Source: Neoconidiobolus thromboides FSU 785 (lineage: Eukaryota > Fungi > Entomophthoromycota). From it: DNA of 62,102 nt. The stretch is from NCBI GenBank assembly GCA_025603075.1, contig MU626381.1, forward strand, positions 1 to 62,102, read 5' to 3'. The position numbers and the translations under genes were made by a program. Shown here one piece after another: positions 12,769-25,331 of the stretch; positions within the stretch are counted from its first letter, which is position 1; each line of letters starts with the position of its first letter. A model generated the notes under the pieces. That model saw only the letters and a list, made by a program, of their open reading frames with translations, did not search any database and had not been told where the DNA came from.

Positions 12769-12968
12769 GACTTATAATAGTCCAAATTTTAAAAACTCAA
12801 TATTACTACTGATATTTAACCTATTAGTTCTGCTTTTGTGGTCTTAGAATTTTTATGTGAGTAAAGGCAGTCAAAAAATAGTTAAACAGCCACTACACTA
12901 ATTGAAAAAGATAGCATTGGAATGAGCACTGTTTTTAGACATAAAGGCTATTTCCTGTGCAACTAACA

Positions 12969-13075
12969 ATATGTGGACGTTTTTTTTTGGCTTCGTTACT
13001 TTTTCCATCTTTTAAGCGCTATTTGAGCGAAAAATTGGTAATAAAATTCTTAAATACAGAAATACATCGCCATAT
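12969..13075 (+). mobile_element. MITE-like copy (right arm of inverted pair 1)
   Basis: Full-length forward copy, ATAT at both ends. Confidence 0.85.
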
Positions 13076-13471
13076 AGTATTTAATATGTACACGAAAAGT
13101 TCCGAAGATATAAAAACCGACATGCATTAAGCAATATCCCCCCATGCTACTAAACCATTATTATGTATAGCGGCAATAAATTTTATTATACACCATCAAC
13201 TAATAATTATAGAAAAAGCAAACATTTTGTTTTAATATTAATATAACGAAATATATCTCAATCTATGTGTAGTTGACCCTTTAAATTTACAAAATTGGTG
13301 ATTGACCCGAAAAATATCCTTATTTCAATTCTAGTTTATTTATCAATCAAATCATGAAGAATAATTGATTAGACTTAAAACCTTCAAGCTTTTATGAAAT
13401 ATATAATCGATATTGGTAAACAAATAAGGTATAAAAAGAAAAAAATATACTTCTTAAATTAAATTTGTAAC

Positions 13472-14925
13472 ATGACTATTTCAACTCCAACGATTATTTC
13501 TATCTCTCTTATTTCTGCTTATTTACTATATGTAGTAAGCAAAAAAAATGAATTTTTTCCTTGGTATTCAAGAATATTTGGACTATTTAAACCAACGTAT
13601 AAGATCAAAGGTGACGTAGATGAAGAATTTAAAGATGTAGAAGATATCTTCAAGAAAGCTTTTTTAAATGGTGAAGAAGTAGGCTCCTCAGTTTCAGTTT
13701 ATTCAAACGGTAAGCTTAAAGTTGAGCTATATGGCGGATATGCAAATTTTGAGAACGGAGAAGAGTATACTTCAAATACTCTTAACTTGGTATATTCTAG
13801 CTCAAAATTTATGGTAATAATTACACATTTATGTATTAAAAACACAATAACATCTTTATAGGCTACTTGCGTAATAGCAAGATTGGTGGATCAAGGACTA
13901 TTAACTTATGATCAAAAAGTGGTTGAAATTTGGCCTGAATTCGGTAAAAGCGGGAAAGAAGAAGTAACTATTTCAGATGTATTAAAACATGAAGCTGGGA
14001 TACCTTATTTTGATGACCCTCAACCATCTTTAGAAGAAGTATATGATCATAAAAAATTAAAATTAGTTTTGGAAAATCAGAAACATGTATTTGATGGAGA
14101 AAGAGTTCGATGCTATCATGGCGTTACAAGAGGGTTAATTTTGAATGAAATATCTCGCTTAGTTGACCCACAACATCGCTCTATTGGACAGATTTATAGA
14201 CAAGAAATAAATAAAGAGTTTGATATGGAATTTTATCTTGGATTAAATAGCCCTCAATTAGAAAGAAGAGCTAAATGGTATATGCCATCGATAGTCGATT
14301 TATTAGCTTCTTTATTTTTACCTAAAGTGTTAGTTGGGAATAAAGCTGTCAAAATAGATAAAAGAGTAGGAGGAAGCAACTCAAATATGAGTAAAGTTAA
14401 TAAATTTAAGTATTCTAAAGATAAAGATATACCAAACGCAACAGACTGGCATAAGATTGAATTGCCAAGTATAAATGGATTTACTAATTCAAAAACAGTA
14501 ATCACTATAATAGTAATCAAAGCACTAACTTGTTAATTAATTTTATAATCTTTTAGCTAGCTAAAATGGCAAATATTTTTGCAAACCGTGGTAAACTTGA
14601 TGATAAAGTATTTATATCAAAAGAAACTTTTATTACAGCTATGAGCGAACAAACAAAAGCTTTAGATCAAGCCGTTTATTTAGACTTTATTTTAACTAAA
14701 GGGGGATTTGGCATATTTACTTTCGACCAGCTTAAAGATGAAAAAGGCGAAAATATACCCTTCTATGGCTGGGGAGGCTTTGGTGGCTCAATAGTTGTCT
14801 TTAACCCGGACTATAACTTTTCTTTTGCATACGTTACAAATGGCTGTCAACTTGAAATGTTTGGGGAAGGAAGGGGCTCTAAGCTTATTATACCAGCTTT
14901 TAAAAGCCATTTGAAAACTATTTAG
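13472..14925 (+). CDS. Beta-lactamase-fold (class C/EstA-like) serine hydrolase with N-terminal anchor, 3 exons
   Basis: SxxK (YSSSK), LKHEAGIP, CYHGVTRG, GWGGFGGS, FAYVTN; two short GT-AG introns restore the frame. Confidence 0.9.
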
Positions 14926-14926
14926 C

Positions 14927-15029
14927 GTATAGGGCTGTCTTTTGTTTCACCACTTTTTCCATCTTTTAAACGCTATTTAAGTGGAAAAGCTATTAGTAAA
15001 ATTCTTAAACAAAAAATACATTCCTATAT
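14927..15029 (+). mobile_element. MITE-like copy directly after the hydrolase stop codon
   Basis: Matches consensus; begins 1-2 bp after TAG. Confidence 0.8.
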
Positions 15030-15210
15030 TAAAGTAACATTATTATTATACCCTTAAATTGATACTTGATCTTAATTTTATTATATTATATAGTCATATA
15101 TGGTTTAATGTAACAAACACAAAACTACTTGAGTTATTAGTAATGATAAAATTAAAATAAAAAACACTATTTCTTTTGTGAATTTTAATATTTAGGATAA
15201 AATACTATAG

Positions 15211-16119
15211 CTAACTAGATACTTTAGGAACATGACCAGAAGAATTTAAATCATGTATAAGATCTTTAAGACGATTAATATCTTTAACATTAGCATTATT
15301 TTTGGTATTGATATTATTTCCTGAAGTTAAAATAGTTGAAACCAAATCCCATTCAGATTTACCTTGATTTACGTCTTGATCATTAGAATAAACACTATGA
15401 AATACTTAGAATTATTGAATTAAAAATAAAGTGAATTTACCGTCCAATCTCATTAATTTTGCTCTCTTTTTTACTTTGATATTCTCTATAAAACTTATCA
15501 AGAGAGCGTTGAGCTTCCTCTTTGATATTTTGATGTTTTTCAATTTCTCTACGATCTTTGTCTCCCAAACGATCTTGAAATTGAACTTTCCAGTTTCTAA
15601 ATTTAACATTTAGTTTTATTTATTTAAGAACATTTGTAAATTACTTAACAAAATCGGATTCAATTTCTAAGTTTTGATAACTAGAACTAGGCGCTTGACT
15701 TAAACTAGAATATCTATCTGGTGATGTTACTCCAGTAAAGTTGTTGGAAACATTGTCATTGTTTATACTGAATGAGTTTGATGGACTAAAGAGTTCATTT
15801 TGGTTATTATTTCCCTAAACATTATTAAAACAAAAAAATTGGTAAAAAAATGTATTACCTGAGATTGAAATTTGTCTTCAGTTTTTGAAGAATTTGAAAA
15901 TATATTGCTTTCGCTAAAATCGCTATCTCCAAAGGGTAATGGCACATTTTGTGGCGAAGTATAATTATCCAAATCAATATTGGAGGTAGAAGGCATTTCG
16001 CTTGTACCAGCAATAAAATCAACATCATCCCCTAACATTTCTTTTTCTCTTGCTAAAAAATCTGCTGCTGGGTCTTCGAATTCAAAATCATTTGTACTAA
16101 AGTCACCAAATTCTTCCAT
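15211..16119 (-). CDS. CLC1: Clathrin light chain, 4 exons
   Basis: MEEFGDF..DPAADFLAREKEMLGDD, central helix (NWKVQFQDRLGDKD), EWDLV and INRLKDLI C-terminal motifs. Confidence 0.85.
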
Positions 16120-16427
16120 TTTATAAATAAAAATAATTTTTCTTGCTGTAATCGTTTTCTGTAAATATTGTTGTTGTTTACTAAGTCTTTTAACCAATCA
16201 CATTCGAACTTGTAATGTATAAAAACCTGTCATAATTTAAATCATAATAATTAAAAAAATATTGTATCAAGACTTATTAGTATATTATATATGTTGCGAT
16301 GTTTTTATTGAACTAAACTTAAACAACTATACATTAATTTTATTAGCATCCATAGATTGATATTTATACTCATGTGGTATTCACATTTGTAAATAAGGTA
16401 ATTAAAGATAAAGATTCTTAAATATCT

Positions 16428-16533
16428 ATAAGGGGATGTGTTTTTTTGTTTAAGAATTTTACTAACAATCTTTCCGCTTAAATAGCGCTTAAAAATGGAA
16501 AAAGTAATGAAGTCAAAAAAAACATCCCCATCA
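16428..16533 (-). mobile_element. MITE-like copy (left arm of inverted pair 2)
   Basis: Reverse copy of the consensus. Confidence 0.85.
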
Positions 16534-16716
16534 AATGATTTTAAACAATAGTTTTTTGTAGCAAAAAAAACATTTTTATTGTCAAACTATGGTTTTTCAA
16601 TATCATAGTTTTCTATTGCTTTGAATAATAAATGTGACCATAGTTTTTAATAAAGAATTGTTTTAAATTTCATATATGAGAAACGGACAAAGTACTAGAA
16701 CAGAAAACATTTTTAT

Positions 16717-16821
16717 ATATGAGGCTGTTTTTTTGGTTTCATTACTTTTTCCATTTTTTAAGCACTATTTAAGCGGAAAGATTGTTAGTAAAATTCTTAA
16801 ACAAACAAATAATATTCATAT
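16717..16821 (+). mobile_element. MITE-like copy (right arm of inverted pair 2)
   Basis: Forward copy of the consensus. Confidence 0.8.
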
Positions 16822-17984
16822 ATTATTACTATTTTGATACTATTCTTCGCTTATATGAGCAACTTCTTATAACAGGTAATAGTTTTAAATAGTGAAGTTG
16901 TTTAAAATAATAAAAAACATTTTAAAAGTTCAGTTTATCTTCAAACTGAAAAGTTTCAGGTCACATTTGATTTTTTTTCTTTCAAATATAAGTAGGACTA
17001 TATTTATATCAAAATTAATTAATCATTGACATGTTTTTTAAGAAAACAAAATATTTAAAAAATGAAACTAGAACTGCAAAGTCATATTTAAATGCTATCT
17101 TATTTTATTAAAAATTATCATTTATGTTTAAACATTTAACCTATTCAACTTATATAATCTTAGATGTCATAAATGATAACAAGTTTTAGCTATTAATACT
17201 GATGTTTATTGAATGAAAATACTTAGATAGTAAAGTTTGGGGATTTGACTATTATGATAAATTATATTAAACTTTCTCCAATATTATTTTAAGCATGATT
17301 TGGTAGAAATTAATTTATAATAATAATGGCTGCATAGAAAATGAATATAGATGATTCAATAGCGAAATTGAAATAAATCTAGAGATGAGAGATTAAAGCT
17401 TTATGGATTCCAAATTTTAAGGGTTTCTAAAACCAAAAATATTACTTTTTATCCCATAAAAATTTTAATTTTTACTATTTCAAGTTACACTAAATTATGC
17501 TAGAAGATTAATCGCCATTTAAAAAGATTAACCATATGCAAATTGTTTAAAAGTTGAACTAAGGAAACTTGGCAGTAGCAAATTAGCGATAATAACAATA
17601 ATAACAAACGGTGTTTAATAAATAACAATATGAACAATTGAAGGTTAAATGAGAATGAAATAAATATATATATTTTAAATTAAAAAGTGGATTTTTTACC
17701 GCCTAAATTTTATTCTATTTCTAGCATCTATACTTTATTTAGACAAAACCTAAACTTCACCTCTTGAAATTTATGCATAAACAGTGGATTTAATTGTTAA
17801 GACTAACTTTGCTTTAAGCCCCACAATGTGTTCAATTTAAATGGAAGTTGAGATAATCTTAGGGGTAAAATAAGTGATGATGAACTATATGCTTACCATT
17901 TCAATGGTATATAAATACCACTTTGGTTCCCTGTACAAATATTATAATTTCGATATACCCAAATTATTTACTTAATTAAACATA

Positions 17985-18953
17985 ATGAAATATACTTTGA
18001 GCAAAACTTTTATTTCCCTTAATCTTATTGCCACTTACCTTGCACATGTTGAGATGCAAAGTCCCCCACCACGTAAATCTCAATTTAATAAAGGCTATGG
18101 CCAAGCTCCGGACTTTGATATGAACTCGCCTTTGGGTGCTTTTCCTTGTAAAGGTTACGGCAAAGGACCTTCTGTTCAAAATGTAAGCGCTGGGAGCCCA
18201 ATCCAAGTAAAATTACTAGGAGAAGCTAGTCATAATGGTGGACACTGTCAGTTTTCATTGTCATATGATAACGGAGCTACTTTTGTTGTAATTAAAACAA
18301 TAATGTCTGAGTGTTTACGTGCAGATGGCTATGATTATAATGTTCAAATTCCTAAAGAGGCACCAAACGGCGATGTAATTTTTGCCTGGAGTTGGGTTAA
18401 TCGCACTGGTAATAGAGAATACTACATGAACTGTGCAGATATTACAATTACGGGATCAAGTTCAAATAGCTTGAGTGGACCTAAATTACTTGTTGCTAAT
18501 ATACCAGGATATCCAACTATTCCTGAATTTACCGACGGAGGTTATGATGGTTCTGATCTATACTCAAAATGCCCAAAAGTGGCTGTAAATGGAAGCGGTG
18601 CTTCTTCTCAAAATTCAACTGCCACATATCAATCCTCATCACGAAACAGTTATTCTTCTCAACATCTATCACAAAGTGGCTATTCTTCCCAAACTCCTCC
18701 ACAAAATAGCTCCTCCTCTCCTCAGTCTTCACCACAAAACGAGTACGCTTATGACAACTCTTCACCAAAGAATAACTACTCAGTTTCACAACCATCACCT
18801 CAAAGTATTGCTTACACAGCTACTCCAATAGCACCAAGCACTAACAGCTATGCTACTACACCAACTCCAACTCAAGGATATGCGCAAGTTAATATACCTT
18901 CAGGCGCAGTTGATTACAACACTATTTCATATCCACCATACAAAGGTAACTAA
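17985..18953 (+). CDS. Secreted AA11 chitin LPMO (copy B) with S/Q/P/T/Y-rich tail
   Basis: Signal peptide then His21; ASHNGGHCQFSLS, WSWVNRTGNREYYMNCADI; TATATAAATA at 17908-17917. Confidence 0.88.
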   Translation: MKYTLSKTFISLNLIATYLAHVEMQSPPPRKSQFNKGYGQAPDFDMNSPLGAFPCKGYGKGPSVQNVSAGSPIQVKLLGEASHNGGHCQFSLSYDNGATFVVIKTIMSECLRADGYDYNVQIPKEAPNGDVIFAWSWVNRTGNREYYMNCADITITGSSSNSLSGPKLLVANIPGYPTIPEFTDGGYDGSDLYSKCPKVAVNGSGASSQNSTATYQSSSRNSYSSQHLSQSGYSSQTPPQNSSSSPQSSPQNEYAYDNSSPKNNYSVSQPSPQSIAYTATPIAPSTNSYATTPTPTQGYAQVNIPSGAVDYNTISYPPYKGN

Positions 18954-19254
18954 TTCTAGTTCACTGAGGTAGCAGATGTAATGTGAAAAATGCCATGAAA
19001 TAATATAATCATTGTACTATAGTAAAAGTTTGTATTTAAGGCAGGTTCTTAAATTCAGAAATAAATATTATCATTTATAATTTTATTACACTTTTTCGTT
19101 ATTAACATTATTGCTTTATTTTAATTTTATGATATTCTAATGCTTTTATCTTAATGAATAATTATTTCAATGAAAAAAATATGCATTTCGGCTTAAAAAT
19201 TATTTGTAATGACTTTAGTTTAAAGATCAAAACTTCTTTTTTAATTATAACAAA

Positions 19255-21127
19255 ATGGAATCAGAATTAAATGAAAAGGAACACGTTGAATATCTCTTAA
19301 ATGAGTTACTAAAGCTTACTCCGGAAATGAAGAAATATTTGTAAGCTTTTTAAACTGATACTTACATTTTAATTTAATTAAACATACTAAAGTTATAGTA
19401 AGCTATGGAATGATATGAGCTCATATGATTTGTATTTAATTCAAAACCAACTTGATCCCTTAAATAAAATCAAGTTAGAAGATAAGGAAATTTTAAAAAA
19501 CCATAAAGGGTACAATCCTGTTGATATTGTTAATAAGCGGGCAAGGTTTGACATTCTATATGAGTTATCAAACTTTCCACATATATTAGATGCAATACTT
19601 TCTCACTTTAATTTAAAGGAATTACTAATATTAAAAATGGTTTCAAAATCTTGGAAAAACTTTATATTAGATGAGGTTATGGCTTATAAAAGATTAAAAT
19701 TTATATACTCAAATTTAGTACTATTAAATAAAGACCAAATAGACTCAAATAATAATATTATTCAGTACTATCCAACATTTTCATACAATGATTCTTTATT
19801 ACACTATTTTAAATCTCAAAAAACATTTTATAATAACCCAACTATAGAATCCCGCATATTATTAACTACAGATACTATTAATACTAATAAAGATAACGTC
19901 TTATTCATAAAGTTTATCTTCCCATATATAGTAGTTGTAACTAAAAAATATAATGGTTGTGGCGTCATTATTTGGAAAAGCAATTTGGAATATCCAGCAG
20001 CATATAACAGTGGTTATTTACCTTTTAATTGTCCATTGCTGAGTTTTATATTTTGCAAAGAGATTACAGTAGGTTTATCTCCAAGCTCAATAGATCTGTC
20101 ACTTTTTAAAAAAGGATCCAATCCATATTTGAGCATCTATTTGGGACTATATTTAAGAGGTCATATGCCTTTAATTTTACATGTCAATCTAAGCAGTTGG
20201 GAATACAAATTAATTCCTAACAAAAGTAGTTACAAAACTACATTTTCAGTTATTTCATTAATTTATGTTGATTTCTTTGAGTTTTTAGTATTAGGAAATT
20301 CGGAGGGCAGTATATCGATTTATCATACAATAGAAATGAATTTATTGAATAATGTTATAATAGACAATAAAAGAAATCCGGTAATAACTTTCAAACTAAA
20401 AGTTAACATTACTAAATAAAAAACATTTTAAACCTAGATAATAAGCATTGAAATCATCGACCATGATCATGTTTTAGCAGTTTCGAGCTCTGGTATTGTG
20501 AAACTCCTTAAAGTGGAAGTTACAAACTCTTATGTTATACATAGTTCCAATAATGAAAGTTCATTTAACTATATTACGCCCCAATTAAGTATGGAAACGG
20601 TTTTTGACTTTAGTATTACACCTTCAACAATGTATCCAAATGAAGGAATTAATCTTCATAAATCTATTTACAAATCGTTTAACCTTATACTTACGTCAGC
20701 ATCCCATATTTATTATATAATTATTATCCCATGTGATACCAAAACTTATGCTTTAAGATTAATCCATGATCAGCCATTACCATTTACACCCGCATCACTA
20801 GACTTTACAATCCAACCCCTATCGTTTTATTTGTTGAAACAAAATGTAATAATTTCAATAGATATAGCAAACCTAAGGGAGTCTGAGCGAAAAGTTCCGA
20901 TCTTCGGAATCATGCTATCTAATAGCATTAGTTCATCTCCATGTCTTATCGTGCTAAACTTAAAAAAGAACTCTAATAATGACTTTATATTGGAAAATAA
21001 AGAAGTAAAAGGGGTACTTACCAAACATACAAGGGTTGGTATTATGAAATGTCTAGGGCCAGATTTATTAGCAGTTTCAGACAAACATGGTTTATTATGG
21101 CTTATGAGAATAACAGAAATAAACTAA
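19255..21127 (+). CDS. F-box protein with divergent beta-rich C-terminus, 3 exons
   Basis: F-box motif FDILYELSNFPHILDAILSHFNLKELLILKMVSKSWK; two short introns join the ORFs in frame. Confidence 0.75.
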
Positions 21128-21268
21128 AGAGCATATTTTAAACAAAAACTCAAATTTTGCAAACACTTTGATAAAGTAAATTATTTTATAGAATATTTTT
21201 ATCTTTGGTGTTGATAATAATAGGATTAAACTTAACATTTTAGATTTTCACTTTATCAATATAGACGA

Positions 21269-23075
21269 ATGTCAACTACTCTCAAGAAAAACAACAATTT
21301 AAAAAAGAAAAATAATAACAAAAATAAAATTAATGACAGTAATAATGCAAATACGCTGTTGAATCTAAGTAATGAAGATGGCTCAAAAAGTAAAAGGGAT
21401 TTAGATAATGGAAGTGATAACTGGAGGACAAATAGGTTACCAAATTCCAATTTAGAAAACGATGTCAATAAGTTACTTAATTTAAATAATAAAGAAAATT
21501 TCGAAAAGAAGAAAAGCAGTAAACCAAAGAGAGAAGTGTTATTAGGATATATAGATGATTCAACTGAGCAACAACATTTGGATCCCTTTACTTCCAAACT
21601 AGGAGGAAAACCGGTATGATAATCTATTTATCATTTAAAGTGTATTTATTAAATATGTTTTAAAAGGATTGGATAACCAAAATGCCGCTTAAATTTGATG
21701 AGTATGGTAAATGCAAGCACTGTCTCAATTCAATGTGTTTCGTTACTCAACTTTACGCACCGTTAATGAATTCACCCTATGATCGCACATTATATGTATT
21801 TGCTTGTATTGAGCCAAAATGCGCCGGAAAGATGGAAAGGTAAATCTCAAGGTGTTTAAAATTAAGTTTTTAATTAAATTATTAGTATTAAGATCTTGAG
21901 GGGCATGAAATTAAATAAAGAGTATTCAGAAATCCTTACAAAGAAAAAGAAAAAGAAAGACAGCACTAAATCGATTAATAAAAACAAACCTAACATCGTA
22001 AGTTGTTTTATAATTCATTAATGACAACTAATATATTCAAAGAGTTTTGGCGATGTTTGGGGTAAAAATGTTAATTTATCAAACGAAAAAGATGATAGAG
22101 TAATGGAGGAGTTGAATGTAAATATGGAAAACCTTTTGATCGACAATAATAAAGTAAAAATTAACAATATCTATAAATACTTATATTTATTAACACTTTC
22201 CAGAAAGAAATAACAAAAAACAATGAAAACTTAGAATTAGATGGTAAATATATCTAAATATTCAGTAAACATATATATTAATCTCAAATAAAGATCATTC
22301 TGAAGATTGGTTCAACAATCTGTTATTATTACCAAGTTATTATATTGCAACTGAAGAGGAGTATATTGATTTAGGATTGGGCAACGAAGGTATCGAGGAA
22401 GATATATTAAACGATGATTTGGTAAAAAAATATAAGAATCTTATTGAGCAATTTCAAAATAATCCAAACATTGAGAATGAAGAGCAAGAAGAAGAAATTA
22501 CTTGGTCAGGCGAACAATACGAGAAATCTGTTAAATTAGTTGGAGCAGATAAAACCTTTTTGAAATTTTCTGCTAGGATTTCAAAAAATCCAGAACAGAT
22601 ACTAAGGTATTATATAGCGTTGTCATCTTATATCATACTATAAATAATATATAGTTATTTGACATTTATTAACTTTTGTAATAAAACTAGATACGATCTT
22701 GGTGGTGACCCACTATTGTATACACGCGTAGGTCAAGCGGCCGATTTACTTTTAGGCATTCCGAGTAACTTTAAAGGGAGTATTAAAAGAAATAAGTTGC
22801 CTATTATTTTAGATAACCTTGAAAAATGCTCAAGTTGTGGTGCAAATAGAGTGTTTGAGTTTCAACTTATGCCAAACATCTTAAGTAGTCTACCTTTTGA
22901 TGATATTAGCAACAAGAATATAGAGCAAAACCAAACCTTAAGTGAAAAGGAGGCAATATTGAATTCATCTTCATGGGAATTTGGTACAATCTTGATCTTC
23001 ACCTGTAAAAACAATTGTTTGCCTAAAAACGGAGGATATACGAGTGAGTTGGGTTTGATTCAATTAGAGCCTTAA
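21269..23075 (+). CDS. TSR4: Tsr4/PDCD2L uS5 chaperone, multi-exon
   Basis: VLLGY, SKLGGKPDW, QLYAP..DRTLYVFAC, NPEQILRYDLGG, CSSCGANRVFEFQLMP, WEFGTILIFTC. Confidence 0.88.
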
Positions 23076-23421
23076 TAAAATAGAACATTTGACTAATACT
23101 TTTGTTACTTTTTATTAGAAAAATAACTAACTATTAGTCTTTAAAAATTGTTTAAAGTTTTAGTGAAAAAGAAAGCCAAATTCGTAATATTACACATTGC
23201 ATTAAACTACGCTATATTTTTATCGTTTTGAAATAAACTTGTAATATTTATAGTTAATACATACTGTAAAAATAACTTCATTGTCTCTACCTTACTAAAA
23301 GTATAAATTATATTCTAGGCATACTAAAAAATGATAGTTTAAAATTTAAATAACTTTATTTATAGATTTATTTTTCATGATTAAGTTAGAATTACAAATA
23401 GATAAGTATGGTCAGTTTGGT

Positions 23422-23736
<315 letters not shown>

Positions 23737-23886
23737 TTATTAAATTTGAATTTTAGATTTGAGAGGAAATTAGACTCATTTTATACTTTTTAGCCGATTT
23801 AAATTTTCAATTTGAAATCAAAAGCTTTGAAAAAAATCATTTATATTTTCTATTTTTAGTAATTCATATTTTTTTAATTGAAAAAA

Positions 23887-23892
23887 ACGCGT
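23887..23892. promoter_or_regulatory. MluI cell-cycle box (ACGCGT) upstream of H4
   Basis: ACGCGT about 155 bp upstream of the H4 ATG in CpG-poor DNA. Confidence 0.5.
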
Positions 23893-25331
23893 AAATTTGA
23901 ATTGAATTAAATTATGGCGTTTTCATTTTATTGGCTATATACTTTTAGCGAATCATCAACTTTGAAGTCAACTCCCTGATTTAATTTTTGTCAAAATTTA
24001 CAACTTAGAGTTTCTGTATACCAATAAAAAGGCTTCTATATTCACTCGTCCAATAATTTTCCACTATAGTATAGCATTTTCAAAAATTGTTAAAAATCTA
24101 AAAGCAAAATTCCATCCAAATGATGCCCCAATTTAATTTAATAAAATATCACATCACAATTTATAGTTTAACTGTTATTTTTCAAAATTATTATCAACTT
24201 ACAACCCAAAGCTTCAATTTACAGCTGAAGCCAAAATTAATATTTGACTAACAATAACCTAACTACTTTAGTAACATGAGTGAGTTATGTTGACAGAATC
24301 TTTGTAGATCAGAATAAATTATGGTAAGGATTGCTTACATATAATTAAATCAATCAAATTAACTCTTTAGGTTTCAAATTTTTCGAAAATTTTTGATCTA
24401 ATTGACATAAAATTGATCAAATTATATCCAATCAAATATAATACTTTAGAATTCTACACCCAAAGGGCTAATTCAATTGAAGTTTAATATATTTTTCAAA
24501 AAAAATTTAACTTGTAAGTAATAGTCTTATTTATTTCAATATCCTATCCATTTTTATGAGACGTAAAAATTTAACAAATCCTCAAGAGAATTAGCAAAGA
24601 AAACCTCAAAAGCATAGTAAAGCAGGCAACATTTTCAAGCCACCACACAGTTGCCTTAGAAAATATTTGAGTAAATTGTTGTAAAATTTCTTCAACCCTT
24701 ATGCTTTATTTACTTTTGTTTTCAGTATTATTTATCTAAAACTGTTTTTTTATGATTAAACTACACCAACTACATCAATATTTTAAAGTATAATTGAAAA
24801 AAAGAGTGAGCAAAATTTAAAATATTACAACAGTTTTTAATTTGAAATAGCTGTAATGGGTTAATACTGTACTAAGCGAATTGAATAAGAATAGATTTAA
24901 GTACTTTTAAAAATTAAGATACTACAAGTTAAACAAGTATACTCTTTGTAGACTTATGTATTTCAAAAGTAAACAATTAAATAAACATATTTAATGGGCA
25001 ATTAAACTAATAACAACAATAGAAAATACAATTACATTTTAAATTAAATACAATTCCCAGAAACAAATTTATTAAAATCGGTTAAAATTAGGAAAGAAAG
25101 GGTTCTGGAAGAAGTGAGGTTAAACATAGCAAACGTACTTTTTTAGGGAGTAATATCTATAAAGTTTAAGCTTAAACAAAATAGTGCAGAATAAAATTAT
25201 ACCTTAGTTTTATATAATAGAATTATATAAGATGAAAAATGGAATTAAATAACTCATTATTCACAAATATAAATTTTAAATGGCCTTCAAAATGAACTTA
25301 TATTCATTTTAGCCTATACGGGTTAGAAAAC

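Noticed and set aside
24556-24700. MRRKNLT peptide resembling a Tc1 transposase start
   Set aside because: Stops after 12 codons; no TIRs or DDE remnants
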